Positions 32,146 to 47,600 of a DNA stretch of 64,000 bases are shown here, in pieces (position 1 is the stretch's first letter; each line of letters begins with the position of its first letter). The position numbers were made by a program, and so were the translations under genes. The stretch covers positions 186,001 through 250,000 of the forward strand of contig CM082586.2 of assembly GCA_040954595.2 (NCBI GenBank). The letters are read 5' to 3'. This DNA is from Balanoglossus misakiensis (Eukaryota; Animalia; Hemichordata). The notes beneath the pieces were generated by a model, which saw nothing but the letters and a program-made list of their open reading frames with translations, had not been told where the DNA came from and did not search any database.

Positions 32146-35100
32146 ACAATCACCCAGTTCCACCTTTTAACCCGTCACTTTGGTCTAACCCATTGGTAAA
32201 TCAATTGAAGAAGATGCTTCCTTTTGGATTTAAGGGGGGTTAAGACTGTAAGGAAAAAAAGAAACATCTAGGAAAAAAACAGCAAAATACTACTAATAAA
32301 AATAGTAAAAGAACTGAAAAACTGAAATGACTGGTAAACGCCATACAGCATTACAATCAACAAATAGTAAAAAAAATAAAAAAGTAAACAAAAAAACAGG
32401 AAAACATTTTTAAAATACCAATAAAATTATGAAACTACTAAAACAGTGTTGAACATCAGGATAAGGGATCTTAAGTGTGAAGGGATAATGTTTGCGCTAT
32501 GGACAGTTTTCCATGGAAACAATGGAGAAAGGTCCACTTGCGTGGCATGTTAGGTAGTAATCCCCAATGTCTGTAAGCTACTAACAAGGAGTGCAAATTC
32601 AGGTGAAAAGAAATTCTCACTATTTTGCGGTTATGAAATAGATGCAAATATAGATTTGAAAGCAAATTGCTGTAGTTGCATATATAAATCGGGATTCGAT
32701 GGATTGTTTCATAAACATTGCTCCAGGCGACCTGAAACTGATCAGAAAGCACAGAGTTGAAATGACCTGCCCTGGTAAGGGGGTGTCTGGAACACGCCGT
32801 GTGAATCTGATCTTGGATGATGAAGTCAGTTCTGGTGCAGTGTTCATCATTGGCTGTGAGAATCCCCTCCTTGTTAGCAGTAAAAAATACTCATTGTATT
32901 ATATTTACCATAGTGCGAGAAGTTTTCCTGCTTGATTGTATTACTTTACTGTAGGAGGGGGATGGCAATCGGAACTATGGACTTATGAAAAAAAAGCATA
33001 CTGGCTTCAGTAGAGTTTGACGTGTGTTCAAAGCTGAAATGATTGCACATGCATATATAACCTTCTGTACTAGTTTTACGGTTTTGATATATTATGCTAC
33101 TTTGAACATGGGTTTGATCTCTCCTAGTGTGTTCTTAATTGTTAGAATTAATCTTTTTCCATTAAGGATTGAATCTTTGTGTTGAGATTTTGCCTGATCC
33201 ATAAAATAATTTGTATAGGATTTTTCTGCTTATTTTCTTGTATATAACCCATTAAAATGTTCAAAAAATAGAAAACAGCATTGTGCTACAGTTGATCAGG
33301 AAGTTTACTTTTTGGAATGTTTGTTGAATTGATCTCAATGCCATTTGGCAGGTATTATCTCTTGTTTCTCACAGAACCATTAACCTGATTTTCACACTGT
33401 AAAACTACAATCTTTGGAATAAACTCGTTTCACTCTCAAAAAAACATCTTGTGTGTATTCTGTAATGTTCGTGTGATTTGCTGAAAACCAAAAGCCATTA
33501 TGTTGGAAATCATCTTGGACGAATGGTGCAGATAAAAATGTAAAGCAGGTGGGATTTCTGGCAAAGTAGTGAATAGATTTGGGGCAATATTGATATAATG
33601 GTTTTGCACAAAAACAGCAGCCTTGGCATGGCCGTGAACTGTGGTATGTGTGAACCATCACGTAGTGTATTCTGCTTTGGGGTCAAAGTGAGCCTACCAA
33701 TGATGTCAAGTAATCAAATGTTCTAAAATATATTAGTGAAATTTCTACAATTCTACAGGACTTGGTCAAAGACCACAGAAAGAGTTTTCCCTTGTAAATA
33801 CAATACACACGATACATGGAAAGGCTTCAGAGGGCACTTTAGGAAATGTGACTTCATTTGACCCTTTCACCCCAAGTTCCCTCTTTTGGCAGTCCAACCT
33901 TACCATAGAAAACAAAAAGTTTGGACTGAACCATGGTGGTGAAATCTCGTCTACACAGCATTCATTTACATGCAAAATATGAGTAATGTGCAGCATGGAC
34001 ACATGGGTCTGCAACTTGTGAGGCAAAAGTACAAACATGTACATGTAAATAATAGAAATAAGACCGTTTTGATTTAAATGAACATGGATTTTATTGTTGA
34101 TAATTAGAATTTAAAACTATCCCATTACCAAATCACAATATCTTACAATATATAATTAGTATTATGGGATAAAAGGCACTTGATTATGAAAACTGAACAT
34201 ACCCATTTGGGAGATTTGGTACCTCCAATGTATCTAAGCCTTTCAGAATAGATGGCTTGATGAAGGCACACTTCTGATCAAAATTCAGGGGTCAATACAA
34301 ACAGAACTGATTACAGGCACTAGCATACGATGATTGTTATACAAAATTTATGAAAATGAAAAGACAAATCCATTTCCTTCCACCACTGGTGCATGGGCAC
34401 ATTTCTCTGCACCTGGAAGCATGGCAGTACAACCACTGGGCAACAAGTCCCTCCACAACAGGAGGGCAACTGGAAGGAAAAAACATATGATGATGATTGG
34501 TACCCATGGATTGCTTTTGTCTCAATTTTAGTTACTGATAACCCAGGTACATGCATAAGACTCCTTATGGTGAACAATAACAGCATAAATCACACTGAAA
34601 TTAAATCATAGAAATGTATGTATATAGTGAAATTATGTAGGTTTAAGTATGAAAAGACAAATTGTAATTTCGATAGCAACAATGTACTGAGCTGAAAACA
34701 TCAAATATAGCTATGTACAATAACAAACATATGAAATATATTAGCATAATGTTGTAAACAAATTTATCCAAATTAAACGTAAAAAGTTAGATACATGGAT
34801 GAGAAAACAAAGTGTTGCTATGTACATGTAAACATTTTCAAACATTTATGAAAAAAAGAAGGCAAATCAACATGAAATTTGATAGACTATTGTGATGTAT
34901 TCAAAAATCTAATTAAAACGGATACTAGTATACCATGTACTACTACATCATTTGAAACAGTCAAATATCAGTATATATGAATCTTTTATTCACAATGGAA
35001 GAAGTCTGGTTTAATTATTGAGTAGTAAGCTTTCTCTAACGGTGATTCCACTTGGACCAGCCTGTCACAACTCAAACAGTCCAATTCAGTCAAATTATGG

Positions 35101-35636
35101 ATCTCTCAGGATTTAGGAAACACGATCATCAGTTTGGGATAAATGTGATTGAGCTACACAATGTTGGATTGAATAATATGATTGTATCATGTTCATTCAC
35201 TGAAAATCAATGAATTCTGTCAGAACATCTTAGAAAATGATTATACATGATCCTTTAAGATTTGGATTAACTCTATTATCTTTATCCTAAAATGCATGTT
35301 CTGATTACATGTATCTATGATAGCACCAAAAAGTCGACTTTTGCACATTCAGTCAAATAAAAACATCATACAACAGAACCAAAACCAACTGTGCTCTTTT
35401 ACATTTTTACATTATTTCGTTCTATTTCCTATTATAGAATAATCCCGTTATACTGTGTGGCATGCAATATAATACTGGCAGTATTGAATAAGGCACCATT
35501 ATAGATTATGATGTCATCACTAAACATCTATCACCTAAACAAAATTACAGTTCTTTTAAAAAATACACTGTACATGGAATCAATCTTTGATAAAATTATT
35601 GCTCTTCAATAAAAGAAATTCTACGTTCCCTTTTTT

Positions 35637-38600
35637 TCACTCTGACAGGATGTGAACAAAACTGACAGGGAAAAATCCTTTCCGGGTTGGTCGACCTTCC
35701 ACCTCTCCAATCTAAAATGAAAAAAAAAAAGATTGTAACAATAACTACATGGTTGAAGTCGACAAAGTCACAATGGAAATGAATAAACAAAAATACAGTA
35801 CTATTTCAGCTGTTTTTGGATCTGATGATATAATACATCATGCTTCGGTACTTACCCACCACTCAGGATCACTTTCATCAGTAACTATAAAAATCTCTCC
35901 CTCTTCAAAAGTCAATTCATCATCATTATCAGCCTCACAGTCATATAATGCCTTCACTCGTTTCCTCTTTTTCTGTCAAAAGTAAGATTCAAAGAGAAAT
36001 CTATGAATCAGTGATTGCCAAATCTATAATTATGGTAGACTCTCTAACAGCCCCTAGCTGGGTACTCAAATGCAATAACCATTTGACTGAGCCATACCAA
36101 ATTCAGTTGCTAGTGATAGAAATACTTGCTCTGCTGGTGACATCCATGTTTAGCAGAAAACTACAACAATGTAGCAATGACACAATTCCAGACGGATCAA
36201 CCCCACTTACAAAGCTGGTCTCTGGACATACAAAATATCATGATGCATAAATGCATATTTACCTGTGAGTGAGCCCTTGGTTTGGGCATTGGAAATGGCA
36301 GTGTTGTTTGATTATCATTTTCACTCTGATTAGTACTGTTCCAATTACTGCTGATGCTTGTCTGTTGAAAATCCCTGGGTAAAGCTACAAACAGAGACAA
36401 TGAACAGTTTTAAGGACATTGGAAGAACATACATCCAAGCAGTACAGTACCATAACTCAGTACATTTTATAAAAAGTGTACCTTTGCACTAAGTCCAAAC
36501 AGGTAGGGTAGAGGAATGCTGGTTTTACTCTTGATTGGGTAAGACCATTCCCATGTGTCCTCTACATTTTGCCAAGCCCCCGTCCCAATCCAACATTGCT
36601 AGCCCTTCAAATTTGTGCCAAGGATTAAGAGTAAATACTTACTAATAGATTGCTTAGGTTGTTGTGTTGAAGGCTGGTAGTTTGTTGGTTGATGGGGTAA
36701 GCTGGGTGGCCTTGTCTGACGTTGAATTAAGTCTGGACGATCACTGAAACAAACCAACAAATAACATGACATTAATTACCTCAACATATGAATGTCCTTT
36801 CATTTGAAGTCTTGACTAGAAGCTATGTATTACACACATCCCATAGCTGTCATCCTCAAACAGTCTGATGGTCTATTACAAGAGATGGATATTTTGACTA
36901 ACTTCCAGTAGACAGTAAACCATACAAGATCATTTCCACTGACTTAGACAACAGATCTCAAAACTGTTCTGCATAAAAACACATTTGTTGAACTTACTTG
37001 AGAGTCTGTTTCATTTGTTCTATAAGACTGTTCGTTTTTGGCGGAGGTTGTGGTGGTGGAGAGGAGTCTCTTGCATTATTATTTGAACCTGAAAAGACAA
37101 AAAACAATTTCATTTAAGGACTCAAATTGCTAGGCAATGGCTCGATACTGAGATATTTGAGAGGTTTCGAAAATTTTCAAGTGGCAAGGAGTTGTAAAAT
37201 GCACTATGGTGGCCACTGTAATGTTAAAACAATTCTGATTAGCAAAATGGACAGTGTTTATGATGTTTCAACCAATTAAAATGACCGTTGTATAGCATAG
37301 CTTCTCACCCTGTGTAGATGTTCCCCTTGCAGGCGGCACTGGTGGGAGGGGACTTGGTGGAAGTTGTGGATCTGAGGAAGTTCTGTTATGTCCTCGATCT
37401 GGTGGAGGAGGGGCTTTCCGTTTGGAGGCAAAGGGAGGGGGTAACGGGGGAGGAGGCATCAGACCTGTGGAAAGAAAAAGACATATCAGTGATGACACAC
37501 TACTATGCAAAATCTCTACGGATATGACAAGAAAATATCAACTCTAACATCTCTATTTACAGTTTATCGTTTTACCTCTTGGTTTTGGCAAAAGTTGTGG
37601 TTTCTCGTTATCGTCCAGAATGCCAGCTGTTGTGGCAGCTTTGTCCTTGCGACCACTTCCTGATGATGAAGATCTGTCTCGTGTAGCAACGTCCTGGTGT
37701 CCATGGTGACCATTTGTCTCCATTGTTGGCAACACCATCATAGTAACCGGCCTCTTGGGTCTCTTCTTTGGACTCTGAATGCATCAGAAATGGTCAGTTG
37801 GACAATGATATATCTTTGTGATGAAATTGTTATTCTGACTTGGTTTAAGCTTATACAAGATTCCTTTTCAAAACTGAAAATCAAATCAGAGCATGCCTTC
37901 TAACTTCAAATTTACAATTATTTTCTGACAACATACTTTCTCATAAACCCTCACACATCTGTTGACATAGATACCTTTTGTCTGTCCTCCAACTCATCAT
38001 CATCACTGAATTCAATTCCATCATCACTACCATCTGTCTGTGAGAATCCCCACTCCACATTGACGTTCTCACACTGTCCATATTTTCCCATACTGGCTTG
38101 TCTCAGCAACTCTTCACACTGTCGATGTCCAAGATTTACAGCAATGTCTAGAGGTGTCTCTCCGCTGTTGTTTTCTGAAGAAACAGGACCGATCCTCGTT
38201 AGCATTGGAGGCATTGTATTGTCCTTCAATCAGTGCAAACAAGACTTATTGCTGCACCACAGTTAGTGGAGTGACCTTGGCTGCACTTATTAATTCATGG
38301 AAAGACTTACCTATTTGATGTTTGACTCCACTTTTCAGTATAAGCTTCAGACTTTCTGTTTTGTCAAGTAATGCACATAGATGTAAAGCGGTGGTGCCAT
38401 TTTTCAATGGCCTATCCAGTTGGAATGAATTCTGGACTATAAAATCAACGATGTGTAAATTGCGGTAGTCTTGTCTTTCAATGGCCAGATGCAGAGCTGT
38501 ACTCTCATTCACCTATAAATAATCAAATCAAATTCAGTCATTAGATGCTGTTGATCATAAAAGTAGATACATGAAAGTAATTTCTCTGTTTGGGGAAAAG

Positions 38601-41600
38601 GAGTCGGACCTGGTTTTGTTGTCCATGAGTCAAAATCACAAATATTATTGTGATATCAAAAGTACTTTCTGTTTTGAGTGGTAAAGAGGGGCCCAGCACT
38701 CATGACTGATTCATATGTGTACATACATGTACTTACATGATTGGGTAATGGTGTCATGAGGTCAACGCCTGTGGCAAATACTTCTAATAATGTTGTCATG
38801 TTTCCTGTTATGACAGCTTGCTCCAAATCCATTAGGACATCTTCCGTACTGTATTTAGTCTTTGGTGCAAATGCATGTTGCTCATACTTGGCCTTAATAT
38901 AAGATTTTCTTTGTTCCCTGTCAATGGAGAAATTTTTCAAGTTCATTTCTTGACAATATTCTACGCATTCCTTTTCACAGACAGAAAACAAACTGTGACA
39001 CTGGGCCAAAGATTTATGTTCCAATCCTATATTTTTTTTCAAAGAAAACTGGAAGAAAGACTTAGAGCAGGACAGTGATACATACATGGAGCTGGAAACT
39101 GTTGGTTTTATCGGTGGATTCTGTGAATAATCTAATGAAGTCTCCATGATGTCATTAAACATGCTATTTCCAATTGTTGTTGCCAACTGTGGAAAAAAAA
39201 AATCTTACATCAGGTTACATCTCACTATATTTGTGAAGATTTTCCCTTCTTTTACAAGTGACTTGTGGTATATCATGCATGTTTATTTGGGACATGATGA
39301 CTGGTGGATTTTCAACATGCTTACAATAATTCTGAGTTCAGAGAAAATCTTTGATTTGTGGAATTCCAAAATACTTACCAGTAATTGGGAGGTTCCAGGA
39401 ACATCTAGAGTTAATGATTGAATTCTAGATATATGGACACCCATGTCTCTGTGAACACCACTGCATTCAATGCAGGTCAGTATACCCAGATTGGTAGCCA
39501 ACCAGGTGGGTTCTGTCATTTGCAAATAAAGCCAGACAACACATGGGTTTAGTGAAGTGAAACTTTGCCACAGTATTGGTGAATGAATACAAAAGGGTCA
39601 GCTAAAACTAAGCATGTATACAAATCTCCAAATATGTGAGTGAAGCTTTATAATGATAGCCATATTTTTGGCCTGCAAGCTGGATTTCCTCATTGACTTT
39701 AATCATATGAAACTATTAAAAGGGGAATTTTCACTGCGGAACATGATGTGGGATTATCTCACCTACTCATACGAGGAAATACAATTTTAGTGACATTATG
39801 AAACAGGATTTTCTCACCTGTTGCATTGCAGTCACAACAGATATTGTTGCCTTCCTTTCGTTTCACTTCTTCTACAATACTATGTGTTAATTCACGCACA
39901 CTTTTACTGGGTCCCAAGTGTCGGTTTGATTGACCTGCATCATCAAAGGCACTACGTAGAGCTTCTTCTCGACTGTTGTTCAAAACTGACATCCATTCTT
40001 CCATTTCCTCTTCTGTCTCTGCCATGAAATGATATGTTCTGTTTCCTGGCAAAAAAAAATTAGTGTTTATTATGAAAAATCATAAAAATGTGCACAATTA
40101 AGAATGCCAGACAGTTGCCAGAAATACTTGACACTAGAGGGCGCTGTCTGCGTCCACAAGTCAGCCATGCTGTTTTCATTGGAGGTAAACTACTCACTTG
40201 TTATGAGATCAAAACATTTCTTTCCATCTTCTGGAGCCAATTTGACCTGACATGTGAGTAAATTCAGCATCACTGGTGGTTTACTGGAAGTGGAATGTGC
40301 AATACAGAGATAGCCGCTTCCTACAGAACATCTACGCTTCTGATATACTTTACGAATGCCTTCACTGCGTTTGTATAAATGTCCATCTTTCTCACTTCCA
40401 TGTGTCTTGTTTCCCTTGGGTTGATGCAGAGCATAACTGCCGTTACTACCATGTGACTGAAATGAAGACATGAAAAATCATTACTTATGAGCTCCATTCT
40501 CTGTATTGAACTTATCAATATCAATAGCAGATATGAACCAAAATACAGATGAAACCTACCTCTTTCTCCATTGATAATGTGCCTCTAAGTTTGTTTTTCA
40601 GTTCTGTTAGATCCCTCCTTTCTTCATCTTGTTTCTGCTTGATGTGTTGAAGCTGTGAGGTCAATTCTTCCACATAGCTTTTAAAATGTTCGAGAGTCTT
40701 CATACCATCTAAGAAAAAACTTCAAACATCAAAAGCAAACATTTTTAAACCCATTTCATCACTGATGTCATACAATAGGTCTGGACAGGCTGTGATTGGT
40801 CTCCATCAATGGTACCATACTAATGGTAGTTTAACATCCTAAGATTCCTTTCAGCAAAAAATGTTTTTTTGTATTTTGGGAAATAACTGTCGTTTCAGAA
40901 ATCTAACATGACCCTTTGGTGAGAAATTTTCTAAAACATTGAAACACTTTGGAGTGTTAGTATGTGTTTGGTGTGATGGGAAAGATTGTAATGTTTGGAA
41001 TACACACTTTCTATATGCACAGAATAGAAAGCGTGAGCTAGATTTGTTTTATTATGACTACATTAATTCTAACAAGGTTAAATGTCATGTCACTTACTTG
41101 TGTTGGGAGTGTGAAAATTCGACCAGATGCTGGATGAGCTCCACTCCTTTCTTTGCTTTGATTTCATTGACTTTTATGAGATACTATCAGTGATAGAAAT
41201 GTGAAAATGAAATATGTAGTTGTTAGGAGCAAGGGACATTGCTTAGAACATGTACATGCTTCAATATAAAAGTGCAATTATTCTTTTTCTGTCTTTAATA
41301 CACAATATGAAACAAAAGTTTTTGAGTTGTTGCTGCTTGAGGGAAATACTCTTACCTCACATGTCTGTAACTGAAACATCCTCCTTTCTCTTTCCATTTC
41401 TTCAGCAATCTAAAATCAAGTGCATGGAAAACATTCAGGCTTCACACATTTGTTATTCTTCATGCCTTCAAGGTAAGAATGCTTTGGTGTCTTCTATAAT
41501 TTTACCTTGCAAACTCCAAGACATCTTGGCAGGTCTTGGAAGACAGTTAAGTGTGTAATTCACCAATTGATGCTGACGATACATAGACTCACCAAACACT

Positions 41601-44600
41601 CCACCATACATCCTTGACTCAACTCAAACAGAACATCACTTACCTCTGGTCCAGAGATTTCAGTTCTGATTGTACCAGCCTCTTTAGCAATCTGTTTCTT
41701 TTCCTTTTCAATTTTGAGACTAGAAAGGAGGAAAAAAGCATACATGTATTGTCAAATTAGCACATGAACAAAGCATGTTTGTTTTCAAGTTTGTTGTACA
41801 GTGTGATGTGATATGGTGTATTGTGTGATGAGATGCGATGTGATAAAGAGTAAAACTTACTATTTTGATTCATAATCTTTGCACGCCTTGTCAAATGGTT
41901 TCTTCATATCTCCTTTCTGCCCTTTCAAGTCTCCTTTCAACAGTGAATCCAAAGGAAATAAAACTATATTCTGGAAATTCTGGGTCTACGCAAATAAATG
42001 ATAAAAAAAAAACATCTGTTCAAACCTTTTTCTCCATATTTATGTGCACCAACTGAAAACAATGGACTAAACCAAATTCTAGCAGGGGGTGACAGAGTAC
42101 AGCCTCATATCATTGCTTCCAGCCTAATCTCACGATATAACAATCATCCACCCACATTCCTAACTTGTCCAAACTTGACGACTATCAAAATCCGAATAAT
42201 CTGAGTCTAGAAAACTTTGCACTTGTAAACGCCCACAAATCAGTCTGGGTTGTGTATGGCTTTATGAAATTCCAAGACTTTTGTGTAAATTGTCAGCATC
42301 AACTGCCTGCCATGTTTTCTGCATAAATCCCTTGTATGCTGTCTATGAAATTTCATGAAATTCTAAGATACTTTTTTGTTTTCTTCAGAGCATCAACATT
42401 CATTCACGTAAAATACCTACCATGTTTTTCATAATCGCTGCTAATTCCTTGGTAACCACTGAAAATTTGAGGAATGCAGCACCTATATCAGGTTCAGTCT
42501 CTCTAGTCAAAGCAATGGTGCCCAGTTTTTCAAGATTCTCAGCATATGACGTTTCATTGCCGACATGCTCTGAAAAAAAGACACTGCACTATAAGATAAC
42601 TGGTCTGAACTGTCGCACATGGGTACATAGCTACTGTTTCCAGGTCTGGTTTACAATCTCTTAGGTACCCCTGTAGACTGTTGGTACCATGTTCTATTTT
42701 AACAATCAGGAAGTACTGCAGTTGCAAGTATCATGCCGGACAGCAACTATTTATCACAACTAAACAAACACAACTTACCTAATCCTGAATTACCAACTGC
42801 CTTGACAGATTTTTTCAGTTTGCTCAATGCACTTCTGTCACAATCAAGTGTCTGTCAATAAAAATAGAGGTGAAAAAAGGATTAGATCAGCTAGGATATA
42901 TATCTCCTTTGCAAGTCTTACATGTAATCCATTTTCACTTCATCAGCAAAAACTATCAGTATCATGCACGGACACAAAAAACAATAATTTTCTGACATCT
43001 GGTCCAGAATAACAATTACTAGACGTAACTGCATAACACCATGCACATGTACCATGTTCTATAAAACTGATGAGGAAATAAAACTATGATCTACATTTGT
43101 CTATCATGGGATGGGGTTTCACAATGAAAGTGTTCCATTCTTAGTGATAATAATATTATCTTATACACGTATGATATAAACCCAGACAGGATTCCAGCCA
43201 ATTTTATCACAGATGATAATCTCATTTCTCCAGAGAGGATAAATGACTTTGTTGTGAAACTCCTGGGACTACTTAACCACAGTGTGATTCTATAGGGAAA
43301 CTCTTCATCAATTACAAAGTTATAATCATATTACATTCATGTCTAGGGATTGTAATTGGATTTGTGGTTGGGAAACTGAGGGGTCCTCTCAAATGTTGGC
43401 ATTTGGTAGGCAACACAGTTACTGAAGATCACCAGTGTTCAGGATGGCTACATTCATGTCTAGGGATTGTAATTGGATTTGTGGTTGGGAAACTGAGGGG
43501 TCCTCTCAAATGTTGGCATTTGGTAGGCAGCAGAGTTACTGAAGATCACCAGTGTTCAGGATGGCCTAGCTTTGAATCCAGGCTTGTATACGTGTTTTTT
43601 TCACTTTGCTCACTAAAAGCAGAAAAAAAACCCAAGTCTGGATTGTTGAGTAAGGACCAAAAGCAGTCTTTTATGGGAAGTGAACTATACATTAAGTAGC
43701 CATGCAGACTGTTTTAAGGTCAGAAGGTCAGACGAGTGAGGTCATTGGGTCAGGTCTACGTGTCCCTATGCTGGTAGAACTCCACACCTATACTACAGGG
43801 GGGTGACCATGGCAACAATGCATTCAAGAGCAGAGTACAATGACAATTGCTGAATGAGGATGATTCCTATAGCAAGGTCTGGAGGTCAGGCCTCATAACA
43901 CTTTTCCTTTTATCAAAATAAATGCCCTTGGGAATTTTCACTTCCTCGTTTGTAACCACAATAACCACAGAAAATCAAAGAATGTCCACAAAGAAGTCAC
44001 TTGGGCAATGCACCACTTGCAAAAGCCCCCTTTGCTTTTTTTCATATCATGACCTACTTCGTGGTTTTAAATATCACAATGACATTTTATGATTAATCTC
44101 CAAACATCCTGGAATTACTGATACAACTAGTGTTGTTTTGAGGACAGATTTCCTCTGACAGATATTTCCTTCCATTTTTATTCTAAACAGTCTCCTTGGG
44201 GATTATACATAACCTTCCTGGTTGGCATTGTCCTCACATGGGAAGTCTGACAGTCAATAGTACATGCATGGCTGGCTTTGTGGACCACTCATGCATTTCA
44301 ACACACTTGTCCTTGATCAAAGACTGAAAAAGACAGAATTCTCTGAACCAAGACCATGCACCATCAAGAAGTTTCATGAGTTACTAGTAATCAAAGTATA
44401 TAAAGTCCTTGCATTGTTATTATCAAAGGGTGTAAGAATTACTTTGGACAATATGGAAGGGTAACCACAGCAACAAACTTGGGGGACCATGGAATGTTTA
44501 ATGTGTCAATCAGACAAAAAACCTTGAAGGAGGTAAGCTCCAACGACAATTCACATGTCACAAGTCTCACTTTCAAAGAAACGATTAACTCTTGTATATG

Positions 44601-47600
44601 TCTACTTGCTCTTTTTTATTCAATTTTGAAATTACTGTGTGTTAAAGGAGATACCAGTCAATTCACTGCTTTGTTAATATTTCATTTATGAACGACCTAA
44701 CTGGCCTATGTAAAAACATATCACACACTGCCATGAATGTTTATTTTGCATCTACCATATTCATTTCAATCCATCATCACAGTTCTCCACATTGTGTTGC
44801 ATTTCATGGTTGAGTCAATTCTCCATCTGCAATCAACACAACTCCAACTACACAACAGTTTCAGTAAAATTGACTCAATTGTCAAACAAAGAGGTTTTAT
44901 TGATTTAATTTACTGATTTAAACCACTGATAAAATTACCCATCCCATCAAACTTTCACCAATTTAATTAGAATCGTATTGAAGCTGATTTTGTTTTTCAA
45001 GACCATTCTTGAACATAACCACACTTTTCTGAAAGGGCGGGAGCTAAAATGAAATGAATGACACTAATTATAAGTCTACACCATGGGCGTACTCTCTGTC
45101 CTTTTATATTTTCACAAACCCTATTAATGTATAAATAACTTCAATACTGCACATGTTGTGGTGGATCCACATCATTTCAACAGCATCCAATTTTTATCAC
45201 AGTATTTTATTACAGTGCGTATTGACACAGATGTACTTCAATATGAGATTATGACATTTTATACTTTTACAGAGCAGGTGTTTTCTTGCCACCAAATGAG
45301 AAGCAGGTCAAATGGTCTTCGCAAACTGAGACATGTGGTCCAATAATCAGCTTGCAATATTTTTTACATGTTGAACTACTTGGCAGCCGACATGTTTAAG
45401 TAATTAAGGCAGTTTCAGTCATAATGAACTGTCTACATTTGATCAAAACTGGCAATGTGATATTAAATTAATAATGTATGTTTCTATGTTTTCCTCATAT
45501 CACTATTAACAACACACGTCAGAAAACCAGTTCTTGCTACTTGATGTGATATAATGATCATTATAACACTAATTTTATTTCCATGCAAAATTCTTACATA
45601 TTGTAACACAGCAAACAACTTCTTTCATAGCTTTATAAAGGAGGGCGTTGTCCAATATTCCTAACTACTGACAACAATCACTTTATATTTATAGTATAAC
45701 CATGCCACTGAACAAATACTTGTTTGATTATTTATTTCCTTGTACATGTCTACTTGATAAATAGGCATTCCAATGAACACTTCAGATATAATGTGCTTCT
45801 AAGACTACTCTACACATTTACTTCCTTTAATGAAAGATCATGACTTGATCAGTTCAATCCAAATACAACTTGATTTTCAGAAAACCTTATTTAAAAATAA
45901 ATACATGTAAATTTCTCATATGCATGTACATATCAGACGGCAACAGAAAATTTCATGCCATCATCTCTAGACTTTATTTCCAGAAAAGTATTAACTGACT
46001 TCAAAGAAAGAAAGAAATTTACAGAAACTGCAGATAAATGGATTCACACTTTAAATTACAAAGCTTAAAGACTATGTGCACTATGGTGATCTGCATGGAA
46101 CAAAATGCTGGTACTAGTAATGTCATGTCCTTGTAGATGTCATCAAAATACCCATAGTAATAATAGAAATCCCAAAATAGACAAACCACATGTTATACCA
46201 TTGCAAATGTATCAAAGAGAAAACAAGTCTGATAATTACACAAGACTGCAGTACTTGTATGTGTTTTGCTTAAAAAATTAAAATAACAACTTTCGTAATT
46301 ACAACGATAAAATCATTTTAGAAATCTCTGATTAGTGATGCATTAACAAATGTTTTTCTTCTTGAAAATTGAGTTTGGTATACGTGCACAGTTGACAGAA
46401 CATGCTGGCCTTTAGTTTACTTATCCTTTCTGTGTAACATCCACAAATCCTCTGTAAAGAATTATCGCTTTCAATTGACAGGAAATGGGTTAGGCAAGAA
46501 CTTTATCTGACTTCCATGTAATGGAAGTGAATGAACCTTAGTTGGCAATGTGGTTGCTTTCTTCTTTGTCAGTCTTATCAATGAAATTATCTCTGACTTG
46601 AATGGTCATTGCGCTATCTGTAGGGAGAGTGGAGATCACAATCCACTCATGCATACCATAAAATCAGTCGTGTGAAAAATCAAATGCAATTGGCCGTTAT
46701 GAGATAACACCAGTGTTTTCATATTATCCAATCTCAAGAATTTTATCATAAATTTCTACAACACTGACCAATTTTTTTCTGATTTAATTCAAGTGGTTTT
46801 GTAAAGGTTAATGACTGTTAATGTTTGTAGAACACCAAACAGATATGCGTAACAAATATAAGAAGACAATAAAATGAGTGATAAATATTCAAACTTCACA
46901 GTGCAAGATACCACAGTTATAGTTATTAAAAATCAATTTTCAATGTATGAATGGAATAATACATGTAACACCTTGCAGTGTTCAAAATTTAACTGACAAT
47001 GACATCAATCAAACCACACAATATTTCTACTGGTACAATAATTCAATAATTAGCAGTAATGATCTTTCTCGTTTGAACAGATCAAACAATTTCAGGTTCT
47101 TAAATAATCAAACCACAACAACTTTGTAGCTTATACATCATCTTGAGTGGGAATGAAAATTTCACTATAAAGCTCCCATGATCTTCATAGTTTCAGCCTT
47201 AAATAATCTATTGATCAAGTCTATTGTGATAAGAATGACTGTTGTATTTAAAATAAGCTGTAAATAGCTTCCTAATACAAATCATGTGAGAATAACACAA
47301 TATAACATCCAAGGAAAGATAAAAATCAATAATGTGCCAAATGCTCCCAGATATTATCACTTATAAGATAATACTTCACAATCATCCTTGTAAATTACAA
47401 AATTAATGTCCGCTACAGTAAAGCACCCTTGCTTTTCTTATTTAAAACATTTTCTGTTCAGTCCACTCCAAGTTAAAGTTTAGGGTGCGATCACGACTGA
47501 TCACAGTTCAGATAAATAAAATCGACCAAGCTGGTTGATCGAATTTATATATCTCTGTGACTGTGACATAACACAGAACAATTCTCAACATTCCATTTTG

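Noticed and set aside
43332-43565. 117-bp two-copy repeat as a possible CRISPR-like or coding repeat
   Set aside because: Two contiguous copies with no spacers inside an intron: an ordinary local tandem duplication.
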